DNA of 64,000 nucleotides from Perkinsus olseni (Eukaryota): NCBI GenBank assembly GCA_013115125.1, contig JABANN010000021.1, positions 1 to 64,000 of the forward strand, read 5' to 3'. Shown piece by piece: positions 12,968 to 26,300 of this stretch (position 1 is its first letter; each line of letters starts with the position of its first letter). The notes under the pieces were generated by a model. It saw only the letters and a program-made list of their open reading frames with translations, ran no database searches and was not told where the DNA came from. The position numbers and the translations under genes were made by a program.

Positions 12968-14270
12968 ATGCTCAGCATCCCTCGGAGTTACTCCTTATCT
13001 GTCGAGGACAAACCACAGCGCATACCAAGGTCCATCTATCAGACTATGGAGTCTGCGGTGATGCCTGTTAGAATGGCACAAGTAGTAATCATAGATCGTA
13101 TCAGTAATGTTCACTTGGTGTCGAGGTCGTCTCGAAATGGTCATCCCTCCATCCTGCCTGGGACTATACTTTCTTCGATGCTCGTGATCGATGGGGTTTC
13201 CTCATGTCTTTGGCCGAGAAAGTTGACGCAGGAGGGACGGACAAACCATTCACTCAAATAAGTGGTAATAGCATAACCTTCTACCGGTCACAAAGGGTCA
13301 TTCGTGAGATGCAGCATCAGAGGTTCATCAAGTGCCTGCCAGGATCAGACATCAGAGCAGCCCTTCACAAGTTGGTTACAATGGATGAAGCTGGCGGCCT
13401 ACAACTCCTCGGTGTTGTCCTCTCCGAGCTGTTCCGCTACAGTATCATCTACATGAATGGTCATATTCGGGCAGGGGGGACCCGTAGAATTTATAATGGC
13501 ATCAATGACGACGGCATAGGTTTGGGGGAAGCGTAGGGGAGGGCTTCTAACAGGCAGCACTCTATCGGCCTACAGTCAAATGAGCAAGTCTCTAGTGTGA
13601 TGGAAGCTTGGCGGATTTTCATGGACTGTGAAAGTGCAGCTCGCGCGTTTCTAGACATGTTCTTTTCGTGATGGCCTTCATGCGGCGTCCGGATTCAGGT
13701 GGTGTCTACTTTGATATTGACACACGATGCAAAGAGAACATAGAAGATCTCCTCCGACCAACTGATGATTTGGTATTCAGTTTTGGTAACATGCCTACTC
13801 AACAGGTGATGTGTATTCACTGCCATCTCGAGGAGCTCTCCCTCTATCACAGGTCTCCCAATGGGGGTTCGCTGCCTCCCCAAGGAATCCTATACTTGGT
13901 GAACTCTTCGAAACAGCCATTCAAAAGATACTGGCCCATGAGGTAATATTGGTTGGTGGGCAATGAAACCTCGCACGTTGCCATGCATAACCCTGGGTGC
14001 CATACAACGTGGTCAGCTGGTTGTCAGGAAAGTCGAGGAATTCCCAAGAGAATCGACGAGTTTGTGTCGATGGAATTGATGGATAGTACGGTTAAGAAAG
14101 CAGTGGGAGTTAGCAGTCTGCAAGCTAATACGGAGTACAGGACGAAGGATGGTGTAATGGTGTGGTAAAGGAGGGTAGGATGGCCGGCAGTCGAGGTGGG
14201 TGCAGGTATCAGTACGGGTATTGCCCCAAGACCGTGGTGAGCATTGGAATGGCAGAGTTGACTTCAAGTA
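12968..14270 (+). pseudogene. Decayed intronless ORF chain of unknown origin
   Basis: Protein-like ORFs 13204-13536, 13668-13946 and 13953-14168; the last two are in the same frame, separated by a stop. Confidence 0.3.
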
Positions 14271-14532
14271 CGGTGGCTACGAGAAAGACCTGAAGAAATG
14301 TGGACTAAGGCATTGGCACTACGGATGGGGCCGATAGACATGCCATGCTACATTCGCTTGCTCTTTCGAACGTTAAGTAATGAGGTGTCGCGTTGGAGTC
14401 CAGAGGAAGGTCTCTCGAGGTCGACCGTGAGACGACCCTATTCGCATCGCTGGGTAATCAATCGAGTATCTAAAAGTTGTCGGGAGTAAGATACGAAGGA
14501 GGTTAAGTTGTTGGGGTTGACTTACTCAGCCA

Positions 14533-17500
14533 ATGTCAAGCTCGTCCACCGCAGAAGGCAGGTTTGCAGAGGCCTCCTGTGGAGTATCGTTGGACAGCTC
14601 GACTGAAAATCCTGTAGAAAAGCAAAGAGTATGCGGGATGTTCAACGTCCTACCGGCAGCTCAACAGGAACAGGTAATAACTGAAGGTATATCCGTTAGT
14701 CGGAATCAGGGGGTTGCATGTAAAACGGGGATTGCTCAGCGGTGATTGTGTCCAACACTAAGTGGCGACTGATAGCTGGTGGATAGGATAATGGGTCGTC
14801 TGTAAAAGCGTAGCTTTGCCTTCATCATTGGTGACAGGTCCGACAACATGTGCAGGAGTATGCTAAAACGTTGAATAAGCAACAGCCCAACTCTACTAAG
14901 AAAGGAGTTGCATTGTAATAATCATGGGGGTACAGTCGGGAAGTCTGCGTCACGCCTCGCTGTGATGATGATGCAATCCATCCCGTGAAATGTGAGAAGG
15001 TGGCGGGTGATGGTTGGAGTGTTCAGATACCAGTTTTGGAAGACTATGGTGTCCCATCTCTATGAGCATGCAGTGGAACAGAAGCAAGTTCGGCCATCGG
15101 TGTCGCCTTCTGCCGCCCAATCGGTTAAACAGCAGGTTACCTCAACTGGTGGGCAACAGCAGCCACAGTCATACCCTCCGTGAGTCGCAGACGTTCGATG
15201 ACGGCATGTTGTGTTTTATGCTATTTTACTTCAGACAACAGCAGCAGCAAGCGGCAATGTATATGATGTACCAACAACAGCAGGCGGCCATGGCATATCA
15301 GCAGGTGACTACCGGCCAACTTGCAATCTTGATCAATCTTACATCTCCTCAGGCGTGGTATAACCAACAACGGCAGCAGCAATCATACAGGAGTGCAGCT
15401 TCCGTCCCTACACGACAGTACAATCAGCCCGGTGCGGCGGCGGTAATTCAGAATGCCATGAAAAACAAAGTAGAACCAGATGGAAGGTGGTGGGGTTGAT
15501 CCGGGGACCTTCGGACGATCAGGCGGCTGCCAGTCAGCATCCTGTCGGTATGCTCCAGTGGGTCCAGCGTCTGTACGCTTCTCTCGGGGGAAGGCCAGGC
15601 ATGAGTCAGGAGCTCAGAACTGCTCGTCTGTCTGCTGCAGACACGTTGGTTAAAGAGATTACCAACAAGCTGAAAGCAGAAGGTGATGGCCTCGGGCACA
15701 GATTCAGCCCGCTCCCTGCGAGGTGCTGGTTCCCTCTCAACCGCCCGGAGATGTAGACCAAACTAAGTTTGGTCTACATCTCGGGGAAGTGTCATCTATG
15801 GGAGTGGGCGTTACAAGTTTAGCAAACGCCCATTCCCGTAGTCATTCTTCCAGCTCGAGTATACGTTCGAGCAGCAAGTGGGAGTATGTTGATCTACTTC
15901 CTCTGAGATGCCTCCTGATCAGGTACATATTGGACCACCGACTGGAGCAGTTACCCGATACCACCTGAGAAGGATATCGATGCTCGAGTAGATCCCAAGT
16001 TATGGGAGGAGGTTAGGAAATCTCTAGCGTGGTTATTTCCGTTGTAGCCGGAATGTGTGTTAGGATGCAGCACCAGCAGTACCCTCCCCTAAACGATCTC
16101 GCCGAGGAGGCAGCCCGAAGAAGTCTCCTTCACGCCGTGCACCTTTTGGTGAGTATTCGGGATTATCGAACGACAATGCTTCGATTCCGTTGTGGAGCTT
16201 CGCGCCCATGGAATCCACTTGTATCTGTGATGAGTATCTTGTTCATGCGTGAAAGATACGTGTAAGGTTGTTTGACGGTTTCAGACGGCAATAGGGATTT
16301 TATACCATTGAGTGACGGATTGGCAGCTTCTTACAACGTGACATTAACACCGGGTACCACCAAGAAAGGCCACAACAAACGGAAAGCGAAACTGCAAGCC
16401 AAGGCTAAGGCAAAGAAGGTGGGAGTGGAGGACTCGATGATGATAGAGTGGTGGCCAGTGGTGTCATGCAGGGTGCGATACTGATGATGCAGGGCGAGAC
16501 TACGCAGGAGGAGCTTCGAAGACGCCAACAACGGATGGAGCGCTTCAGTAAGCAGCAGCTGAAGACCCCGTTCACACGCTCCGCCGACGACTGAACTGCG
16601 GCCACTCTAGATCGAGCTAGGCGCCGTTGGCCTTTTTACTACAGCATCGTCAACAACAGCTCTCAATGCTTTCTCCGTCTCTCGATTGTACATCCTGCGC
16701 CTCGTGGGATGTCCTCAAGTACAGTCGCTTCTCCTTATTACAGAAACGGATGAGGTATCAAGTTCGTCAGCAGGAGGCCTTTGGACTGAGGATGCCAACA
16801 GGCAAGTGTGAACCCGAACACGACCCTTCGTCAAGAGACCATCGTCAGGTCTTCGGCTCCGCGCGTCGCTCCGCTAGACGTCAATTTCTCGTTCGGCGTG
16901 GACGAGAATGAGGTGTTTGACCAGACGGAGGACTTCGTTGTTGTGGGGACGTGTCAAAAAATGGAGAAGAATTATCTCCGCTTAACGAGCCAGCCTGATC
17001 CGAGCTTGGTAAGAACAGTATACCCTCTTGCTGCTGCTGGTAGTCGTAGCAGTAGCCCTAGAAGAAGTTCGATCTCGGCGTCTCGCGTATTTATGGGTTG
17101 CCAGGTCCGCCCTCCAGCGGTTTTGAAGAAGTGGATGGAGCATCTTAGAGAGTTTCATCGGGACAAGTCTCGCGATTGGAAATATGTTGGGGAACAACTC
17201 AGGTCAGTCATCACCATCCTTCTAGGGTTCAGATTGTCTTACACGTGTGAAGCTGAGAATGTGGTGAGCTGTCCGCGGTCACTCATTCTGAGTTATCCAT
17301 TGGCGAGTTCAATATTATCAATGATGCGCTCATTGCAACGCGCGGACGGCATTGTTGTCTCCAGCGACCATCATCCATTGCAACAGCTCATCTGTTCTTA
17401 GGGCGGTTCGCCAGGACCTCACAGTGCAGAACATCAAGGATGAGTTCACGCGATCGGTGTACGAGGCTAACGCTAGGTGGGCTTTGGAGGCAGAAGACCT

Positions 17501-18676
17501 AGGGCAGTTCAATCAGTGTCAAACTCAGCTCAAGTAAGTGGAGGCTCTCCATCCCAACCTGCTTCATGTTTCGAATCTTCCACAGTTCAACCCCAGATAC
17601 CTCTACGCTGCAGAGGGCGCAAATGATAGCAACGTCACTTGCGAGTTCCTCTGCTACCGCCTCTTGTGAGTAGTCGAAGAACGCTTCCACAGCTGCGTCA
17701 AGCGGGCTCTCGCTTCCGCGTGTACACCACTCTGTTGTCCATGCTTGTTGCAAGAAAATATGACTTTTGACCTCATTTCGTGGCGCGCGACAGGTACTAC
17801 TCCCTCCAATCCCTGCGAGCCGACGAGATGAAGTTCTTAAGGATGCTCACATTGGAACAGCGGCATCATCCGTATGTCATCTTTGCGAAGAAGACTCGTC
17901 AAGCCATGGCGACCAACGATTACAAAGCCTGCTTCCGGTAGGTCTGCGGTACATCGTCTCTATAGGATTACTGAGTTTACAGTGGCCAAAACTTGGGCTA
18001 GTCGCTAAGACGAATCCCTCGAGTCTCAGTATGCATCATGTCGCTCTGGATTCGCCACGTCAGTGAGATGTTGCGAGTCTGCCACATCCAAGCACGGATC
18101 TATCCTTACTTGTTTATCGTATAAGACTTGTACCTTGGCACGTCCTTTATTATCAGGTTGGTGAGGATAGCTCGTCGGGAGTCATCTGAAGTTGATGAGG
18201 AAGATTCTACTTCATCAATCCCGACAAGGGCTGCTCCAACTCATGCTTATCATCTCCTGAGGCTCTTCCTGCAACGCTTGCGTCTCAAGGCATTACGTAC
18301 AATCACAAAAGCGTAAGCATGCCCCAGCGTATCTTGCGCGCAGGGAAGGTTTCCGGGCAGGTATCAAACGTACCCTGTCAGCCATCTGGTTGAAGTGTTG
18401 GACTTCACAGATGCGAAGGACGCCACAACTTGGTTGACTGAACACGGTAAGGCAGCTGGCAATCAGCGCCCGCCCAGGTGATCGATCTTGAATGTACATC
18501 CTACTGCTCAGGATTGACTCTCAAAACTTGGTCCAATGGTGAAGATCACATTCAGTGCAAGCCTAGCCATGCGGCTATCTGCAATCATCGGGTGAGAAAG
18601 CGCTCGCCCAGATGATCGATTATGTCATTAATCTTGTCAGGCATTGGTTTCGCGAAAACATACTATGATGGGATAA
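14533..18676 (+). CDS. SAC3/GANP/THP3 (LENG8-like) family protein (spliced)
   Basis: [89 protein letters not shown]-rich N-terminus. Confidence 0.9.
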
Positions 18677-18803
18677 CGATTGTCTCCTACTGCTGTATCA
18701 TTAGTGGTTTCCTACGTCAAGTGAATGATGTGATTTATTTCAATTTGGGAGTTGGCAGGGTTCGATCCTGGGACCTTTCGATGGCTAGTTTACAGGGCAA
18801 TTA

Positions 18804-20198
18804 ATGTCTATCCGTGGAGCTGCTGTGCTGAGGAGGAGTCGACCATTGCTCGACCGGATGGAGCGCATCATGCACTATAAGAGCGATTACTATCCTAACC
18901 TGCCACACTCGGAACATAAAGTTTGGCAGAATCCTGTAAATCGATCACACGATCGATTAGGGGTGATACTTGATACTTCAGGGAAGTCGTCCACCCTACC
19001 ACTTGAAACATCCCAAGCAGTACTTTGATTTCAAGACGTTTCGGAATATGTTGAAGCATAAAAGGCAGACTCTTTGCCGAGCTGAGAAAAGACTTATCAA
19101 GCGAGCATACGCGAAGCCCCCACCAAACGACGATTGGGACGTCCTCAGGTCAGGGGGCTGTCAACAATCGCTATCGCTTTCCTTTATCCTCTCGATGGGC
19201 TATACGGCAATGCTATTATGCTTTGAAGCAACTGGGCAGTACGCGTCGTCGTCGTTGTTACTTCAGATTCCTCCAGGAGATGGAGTTCGGTGAGAATGCG
19301 GAGGAAGTTGTTTCTTGCTTCGAGGACTGGTCTGACTTCATTTCCTCGGACTATGAAGACGTTCAACGTGTGGTGAGTGGATCTACTCTCCAGTCCACCG
19401 CCCATCCTCTTGCCTTAGGAGATGGCCCCCGAACAGCGTAGGAAACTTCTCGTCTATTTGCGGAAGTTCAACCATGGCGTTTGGCCTCTCCGAGAATACG
19501 AGAAGCGTTTCAAGGTGAGTCATAATAATATTCGAAAAGCTGGTATTAGCATTTTGATTCGGTCCCAATTATTGGGATGCTTTGTTCGGCAACTCGGATG
19601 ATCTGCGTCAGCGAGAAAAGCCTCTGTTCTAGTGAGTGACTGCTCAATCGTGATAGCGAGGATAGGGTATGTTCGGCAGTGTGTATTGCAGCGTCTCAGG
19701 GAGCTCCACTGGAGAACGAAGGAAAGCCATGGACTGACGAAGATGACAAGAAACTCATCCAGCTGGCGGAAGTTTACGATGTCAACTTTGGCGACCCGTG
19801 GATGTACCTCAGGTCAGTCATCGCAGGCCCGTGGTCTCCTCGCATACTCGTTTGCGTAGTACAGTTGGGAACTCCAGCGGCCAAGAGAGGACGTCATCAG
19901 TCGTTATATGACGGAGGTGAAGTTCCCCAAACAACGTCAGTCCCGATGCGAACTTGCCGTCACCAAATCCGCTCGGCCATTGATCATGAGTCGTCGCTTC
20001 CCGGTAAGAGGGAGTTGGACCAAATGCATTAATCCCCGATCGCTTGGACGCTGTCCTCCTCTCAGTTATTGGCACCGACGTGTTACGTCGTCCCGACGGA
20101 GAAGAACTTCCCAGTTGCCGATTCAGATGGATTTCAACTGCCCCGCAGCTTCCAACGTTTCCGACGTTCCGAATGCTTTTGAAGCCCTCATCCCATGA
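18804..20198 (+). CDS. Hypothetical protein with Myb/SANT-like repeat, possible mitochondrial presequence (spliced)
   Basis: Arg-rich N-terminus MSIRGAAVLRRSRPLL; GKPWTDEDDKKLIQLAEVY...W is Myb-like. Confidence 0.55.
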
Positions 20199-20408
20199 GT
20201 ATCGAATATCACGTTTCTGAGTCACGTCGGTTTTAGTTATTATTGGGTCGCTTACGTATGTATACATACAGGTAAACCTAGTGACTAGGTCCTACTCACC
20301 AGCCTCACTTTTCCCGGAGAGAGAAGAAAAGACGAGAAAAACAAGGCTCTGCCAGGATAGAACTAACGCGAGACTTGATGCCATACGTCAAATTGGATCA
20401 TATAATGA

Positions 20409-23400
20409 TCATGTTGTCAGCCATAAAGCACGGGTGGCGGCCAGATCTCTGGGATTAACTCGCCCGTACCACTGAACCTCTCGGTACCTGCGAAGATATT
20501 CCCTATTGAGTATTCGATTGGTAGACCCACATCCAATCTTCCCATAGTTGCTGTATTCCTCAGGATTGCCGTCGATTTCCCATTGGGAATTATCGTTACA
20601 TCGGATAGGCAGCGTATTGGTGATCTTTAAAGTACCAAATCCTTGCTGGCATTTTACCTTGTACGAGGTGCCGGAGATGAAGTCCCCAGTTTGCTGGCGA
20701 GTTCGTATCGAAATATGAGCCTGAGGAGGAACGGGCGGTAGCCAGGCGCAAGTTGATGCCGGCGTCCTGTGGTGTACCCAGTCTGATGGGATATCAGCAG
20801 CCTTGCACCTCGGGGGTTGGCACATAGGGTAACTGACAGTGGTCACTCGTAACTAGCTCAGTTCTGCTACGACTCACCGGGTAGTCTGCGGATCGCCCAT
20901 TTCGAAGTTGTCAGGCCCAACCGCATGGTAGTGTCCGTCGGAGCCACACTGCACTTCTACTTTATCGGGTGTCCATCGGTCGGGGCATTGGTAGACTCCT
21001 GTGGAAGCGGCGGCGGCATGGACTCGATGGGAGACAAGCTTAGCGCTCACTTGGGGTTGCCATGTAGGACTCTCTCGCTGCAGGGCCGATTAGCGTGCCA
21101 TGGTACATGATAGTCGGTAGGAGTGGGCAGACCAGCGGGACCTAGCCGGGGATATCTGGATGACAGACTTGAGATGATTGACCTTACACATTCAAAGTCG
21201 TCCATCGCTATGGTCAAGTCGCCTTGGGAGCTGCACGTTACCGTACCAAGCTTACCCTAAAGACGGTATAATCCCAAAGGATGGCAAGCCCGACTGTGCA
21301 GCAGACAAGTGCCCTCTCGAGTCCGGCTGAGCGGGGGAAGCTGACCTCAGTCTTCGGGGTGTATCCAAGACTGCATTCGTATTGGACAGTAGCGTTCAAG
21401 AGCAACCTATCGCCGGCCTTGTAGTCTGATGTTGGTGCCTGATGGGATGAGTGGCAGCCATGAAAGCGTAGCATGAACATCTCACCGCATTGACTATGTC
21501 GGGAAGCCTCTCTTGACATCTCGGAGCTGAGCATTGTACGGGTTGCTTCGACCACTGACCACGACTATCCCTGATACCCCAACCATGTACCCCGCCTGAG
21601 CACGACTTCAGAGCTGCCGAGACCGCAGGCGACCTACACTTGACGACCAGGACCGCCTCTCCCCCTTTCGCAGGGGACAGGCCATTGTGTGTGGTGCCCT
21701 CCTCGCAGGTGTACTTGACCTCATCCTCATAGCTGAACTCACCATCGGTGCCAGGGTATCGCTCCCCATGGGGGACCTCAGGAGCTCGGCCGCACTCCTG
21801 AAATCGCGAACGTGGGCAGTAGCGGTTGCGGAGGTGATAACCTACGACGAGCTCGCACGGGGGCGGCTGTGCCTCGGGGGACAGGTTCCCGTCCGCATGA
21901 CACTTCTGTTCGAATTTTACTTCGCCTTCCATTCTTCCGCCTGATCGAAATGGAGTCCCTGGGATTCGAACCTGCATCCTTCGGCCCACCTAAAGTGTGC
22001 CCTTCATTGCACACGTACACGACTGCAGCTGGACTCTTAAGAACGTCGCCGGGCCTCACATCCTGGGGGTAGGCTATTTTCCCACCTTTCATAGGTAACA
22101 ATGGACCGCACGGTTTGATGCCTGAGCCGGAAGTGGTCTACAATGGCCGCTCATGATGAGCAGCTCACATCCAGCGGTATGGCCGGGTGCCATCTGGAAG
22201 TCGCCCGAAGAACTGCACTGGATGGTGTAGGTGCTGTGCTCTCTATTGGTGCCCGCGATGAAGGCTCCTGAGGGAGGTGTCCTCCATCACACCCGAGTGG
22301 ACGGCGAGGGACCCACCTTCATCACAGGCAAACTCCATCGTATCACCGAGCCGCAGCACCTAGAGACATGAGGTATTCGACGCGGGGAGGGCCTGATTAT
22401 GCTACCCTTGTCGTGATAACAGCTGTGGCGAAAAGCTTCATCTCGTGTGGGACGTCATTGATATCACCTAGACGGGGAGCGCTATCAGAGGCCGAGGAGC
22501 ACTGAGAGGGGGAGCCTTACCGCAGATGACGGGCTCGCATCTGTCATTTCCTCTGTCGTACTCCCATATGCCGGATATGCTGCAGGAGGCGGTGAACTCA
22601 TGCCTGCTCTTGTCTCCACCCAGGGCATAGCCGGGAGCACCTAGCAGAGGCTTCTCTCCGCCACAAAGGGACACTAAGAACTGTTACATGCGAAAGGGAC
22701 TTTGGATGGGTAACGGTAGGTTATGTTGTCCCCGAAATGGGTTTGATGGGCATCTGGGAACCTCTCGAGTTGTCCACACTTCCGTGCAACGCCTGACCGA
22801 ACCGAATAATCCCCGATAGGATTGAAGCCTGGCTTACATGGAGTTCGGAAAGGAATGTCCCACTGGACGTGACCATCGATCTGAGGGAACACGAGACTTG
22901 GTTGTAGTGCAGTCCCATCGGAGCTCACGTTGATGCATTTGACTTCAAAGCCCATGGTTTGCTCAGTGAACCCATCCAAGCACACAAAGTCCATACCCTC
23001 ACCCTCGACAACACGTGTCGGATCTGACACGCTTGAATGTTGAGGAGCACGATGGAAGCGATACTGGAATTACTAACGTGCTTGACTGGCTCTGCATTGG
23101 CTACAGTTGGGAACTCGCCACAGTGTATTGGTTGGCATCGTGGCAGGGGATAGGAAGGATGGAACTTTCCATCTGACCCACACTCGATACTAATTGTTTC
23201 TGAAAGAGAAAACACATATATGCTGTCTCTATCATGCCCTATATTGTGCTATTCGTTATCGAGCAAGGCCTGTGGCGCAACGGTAGCGCATCTGACTCCA
23301 GATCAGAAGGTTGTCCGTTCGTATCGGGCCGGGGTCACTTCGTCCCTTCCATCTTACTGGGTCCATCGTCCTCCCCATTCGCAGTGAAGTGTTCATTACA

Positions 23401-24213
23401 CGAGTAATTCACCTGATGAAGCATCTAACGGTGTGATTGTAAAGGTCCTGTAAGAGTTATCACCCTCTGTGGGTATACCACCGCCTCTCCGATCTTGTGT
23501 GATGTTGGATACGCGTGTGGTAGCTCAAAGGGAGCTCCGCATCGCAGTGGTTTGCCTGAAGAGCCGCGGAGAGATCTATATCGATCGACCATTATCTCGT
23601 CTACATTCCGTTATATCAACTCTTACAGGGCGAAAAAGACCGCTGATGTGGCAACGGTAAAGGACTCTCCGAGGACCTGGGAATAACAGGTAGCCGACTT
23701 CCTTCCAACGACATAGCCTACCCAGGACAAGCCCATCTGCGGTATGCCCTTCCTTGCACGCATACTCCGCGACGGCCTCGTGATCGAAGACGCCGTTGGG
23801 TGGTATATCCTAAGAGGGGTAATTCGCTGGTTAGAGAGGGTACGCCACCTACGCCGACAAATTTCGCATTCTTCACTTCTGGTAGAAGAGAACAGGCTCG
23901 TCTATCGCGCTTCCCGGATGCTACAAAGGAGGATATTCGAACACGAGTCTTCTGCTGCAACAACACGGCCCTGTGGCGCAACGGTAGCGCATCTGACTCC
24001 AGATCAGAAGGTTGTCCGTTCGAATCGGGCCGGGGTCATTTTTAACCACTTAAATCGAGAAGGCTTACCTAGCTCACAGTTCGGGTCGTTGCTCACTACA
24101 GTCCACATGGGCGTGGCCATGAAGTAGTAAACATTCAAACGTGATAATGTAACCATCAATAAAAACAAATAATAATGACCTGAGGGAGGAACATGAACCG
24201 ACAAACCGACCAT
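20409..24213 (-). CDS. Multi-sushi (CCP/SCR) domain protein, likely secreted or surface (spliced)
   Basis: Repeated C-P-x-V-x-(H/N)-(G/A)...Y-x-C-x-x-G...C-x-x-x-G-x-W...C modules, e.g. CGRAPEVPHG..VKYTCEEG, VQYECSLGY, CGEFPTVANA. Hydrophobic N-terminus; both ends approximate. Confidence 0.85.
21941..21989 (-). pseudogene. 49-nt intron = tRNA-Ala-like 3' half
   Basis: GTGGGCCGAAGGATGCAGGTTCGAATCCCAGGGACTCCATTTCGATCAG. Splicing restores GHTLG|GRMEGEVKF. Confidence 0.65.
23266..23337 (+). pseudogene. tRNA-Trp(CCA) pseudogene, antisense within a sushi-gene intron
   Basis: Near-identical to 23967-24038, but T-loop is TTCGTAT (A58 lost), the acceptor stem is mispaired, and there is no T-run terminator. 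Confidence 0.8.
23967..24038 (+). tRNA. trnW: tRNA-Trp(CCA)
   Basis: GGCCCTG TG GCGC AACGGTA GCGC A TCTGA CT CCA GA TCAGA AGGTT GTCCG TTCGAAT CGGGC CGGGGTC A: full cloverleaf followed by a TTTTT Pol III terminator. Confidence 0.95.
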
Positions 24214-24405
24214 GAGCGACAGAGGTGTTGAGCTTTCAAATAGAAGACCCATCTCCAGCGGTCTCGAGTACTGGATGGCCTATCGGGCACATTGACAAAG
24301 CAACACATGAATGAAGGAGTACTGATAGAGACAGTGTTACTATTTGAACAAGCTGATAGCTCGGAATCGCCACCACAATCGTTACGAGGATTAAAGAAAC
24401 ACATC

Positions 24406-26268
24406 TTAAAGAATCCTCAGGGTAATAATGAGCATCATTAGCTCACATGAGAGCACTGAGCTCCTCCTTGAGTATCTTCGCTGTCACACCCTCCAGCTCA
24501 TCACCCTTGGTTAGTTCGGATAGCTTCATCGTTTGCTCGGCCACCGACCCTCCCAGGGCCTTCAGTCGCTCGAGACAGGCCAAGGCTTGCAACCACTGCT
24601 TCCGCCGAATGGACACGTCAAAACACAGAGACTGGGTCTCAGGCCAAGTACCACACTTCTCCGATAAAACCTGCGACAGCGGAAATTACCTACCGAACGA
24701 GGTGAGAAAAACCTAACCTATTACTTCGCAAATGTGAGTGCATTTTTCGAGAGGGTCAGCAACCGCAACAAGCTCATCACCCTTGGCTTTCTCTTCCTCC
24801 ATCGTGAGACCGGTAGCCTTCATTCCAAATGCTCCTAAAAACGCGAGCCGTAGGATTCGAACCCGGGTCGCCCGCTTGTCTCACCCTCTGGCTTCTTAGA
24901 GTTATCCTGCGTATTATTCTGCTGTTGGTCGTGCTGCTTTCTCTTCTTCTGATGCTTCAGACGCTTTCGCTCCGCCGAGGATAACTGAAGAAGCGCACAT
25001 ACGTGCAAGCATCTTTCTCACTGAGATACTATCCGCCTCATCTGGGGTATAGTTCCAATGCATCGACCCCGATGGAGATGCTCCCAACGCCCACCTTGGA
25101 CTCATTTTCTTTATTTTGTTCATTGTCCGCCCGTCCCTTGGCCGCCTCTGCTGCGTCCTTCGCCTTTTTATCCATCATCTTAGTATAACACCTTATCATA
25201 CCAGCACTCGCTTCTCGGTAATAAATGTGCTGTTCCAAATTGTCTTCAGTTTTCAGGAATTCCACAAACCTGATACAACAGCAGCCTTGCCGTTGGGACC
25301 ATCACAATCCATGCTAAGTACGTTCTGAGAGTCATCTTCCGCATGCAATAGGTGGCGAAGTCGAACTGATCATCGCGGATGTCCTCGAACTGCTTCAAAA
25401 CGTCATTGAAACGCTTCAACGCCATGCTGTAGTCCTCACGAGACTCATATAACTGATGGAAATGAACAAACAATAACCGCTTCGCTCCGCCCCATCCACC
25501 CGTACTGACCGTGGCTGTCTTGATCTCCCACCACATGCATTGCATATCGTAGAGGTTGGAGGTCTTAGCCGTATCATTCTCCTTCGCGAACATCATCATT
25601 TGGGAGTTGGCCTGCATGCCATGCGATCATTAGCGAAAATCAAGCCTCGAGTATTTCCGAAAGGAGTGGTATGATGCAGGCTCGAACGCGTGCGCATTTA
25701 TTACCGTATCAATATCACCCTTCCTTAGCTGCGCCTTGACACTCAACGTGTTTAATTGTCTATCGGCTAGGTCCATTTCCCGCGCCTTATTCATGTACTC
25801 GGCAGCCTCATCGAAACGTTCTTGATGCTTCAATCTAAGATTCTCTTCGCTGTGCGTGGAGACACGTCCCGGTACTGTACTACATTTTGGAGGCAGATAC
25901 GTAAAGGTCGATGCACGTAGGGCTAACTTCCATGCCACGATCAATCTGGGCCATCTACAAACAAGAGGGAGCTCCGTCACCGCGCCACGAAATTATTAGT
26001 ATTACTGCCGCGTCATAACTGCCGATGTGGTCGAAGTGGTTCGCTGCGAGGAGGAGGGCGAAGCACGCGTAAGTGGGAGGCAGTTTAGATATCTCCTGCC
26101 GAGCCTTTGGTACGTCCGCGGCCGTCGAGGCCTCAGACCGAGCCTCAGCCAGAGCTATCAACTCCTCACCCTCAGCCAGACATTGCCGTACTATACGATC
26201 AACGCTTAGCTGTTTACTGGGGCTCTGCTTGTAGAAGACGCGGAGTAACCTGAGGATTAGCATGATGG

Positions 26269-26300
<32 letters not shown>

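Noticed and set aside
15180-15234. Weak T-loop-like motifs in introns (also ~16180, ~22825, ~33530, ~35960, ~36150)
   Set aside because: Two or more mismatches to the B-box; not individually distinguishable from chance, though they may be older relics.
23967-24038. tRNA-Trp as a UGA-readthrough tRNA (4-bp anticodon stem type)
   Set aside because: The anticodon stem TCTGA/TCAGA has the canonical 5 bp, and genes here use TGA as a normal stop.
26270-26300. Poly-Cys or poly-Gln ORFs from (CTG)n, also ~783-808 and ~32693-32712
   Set aside because: Intronic microsatellites; the ORFs are antisense or out-of-frame artefacts.
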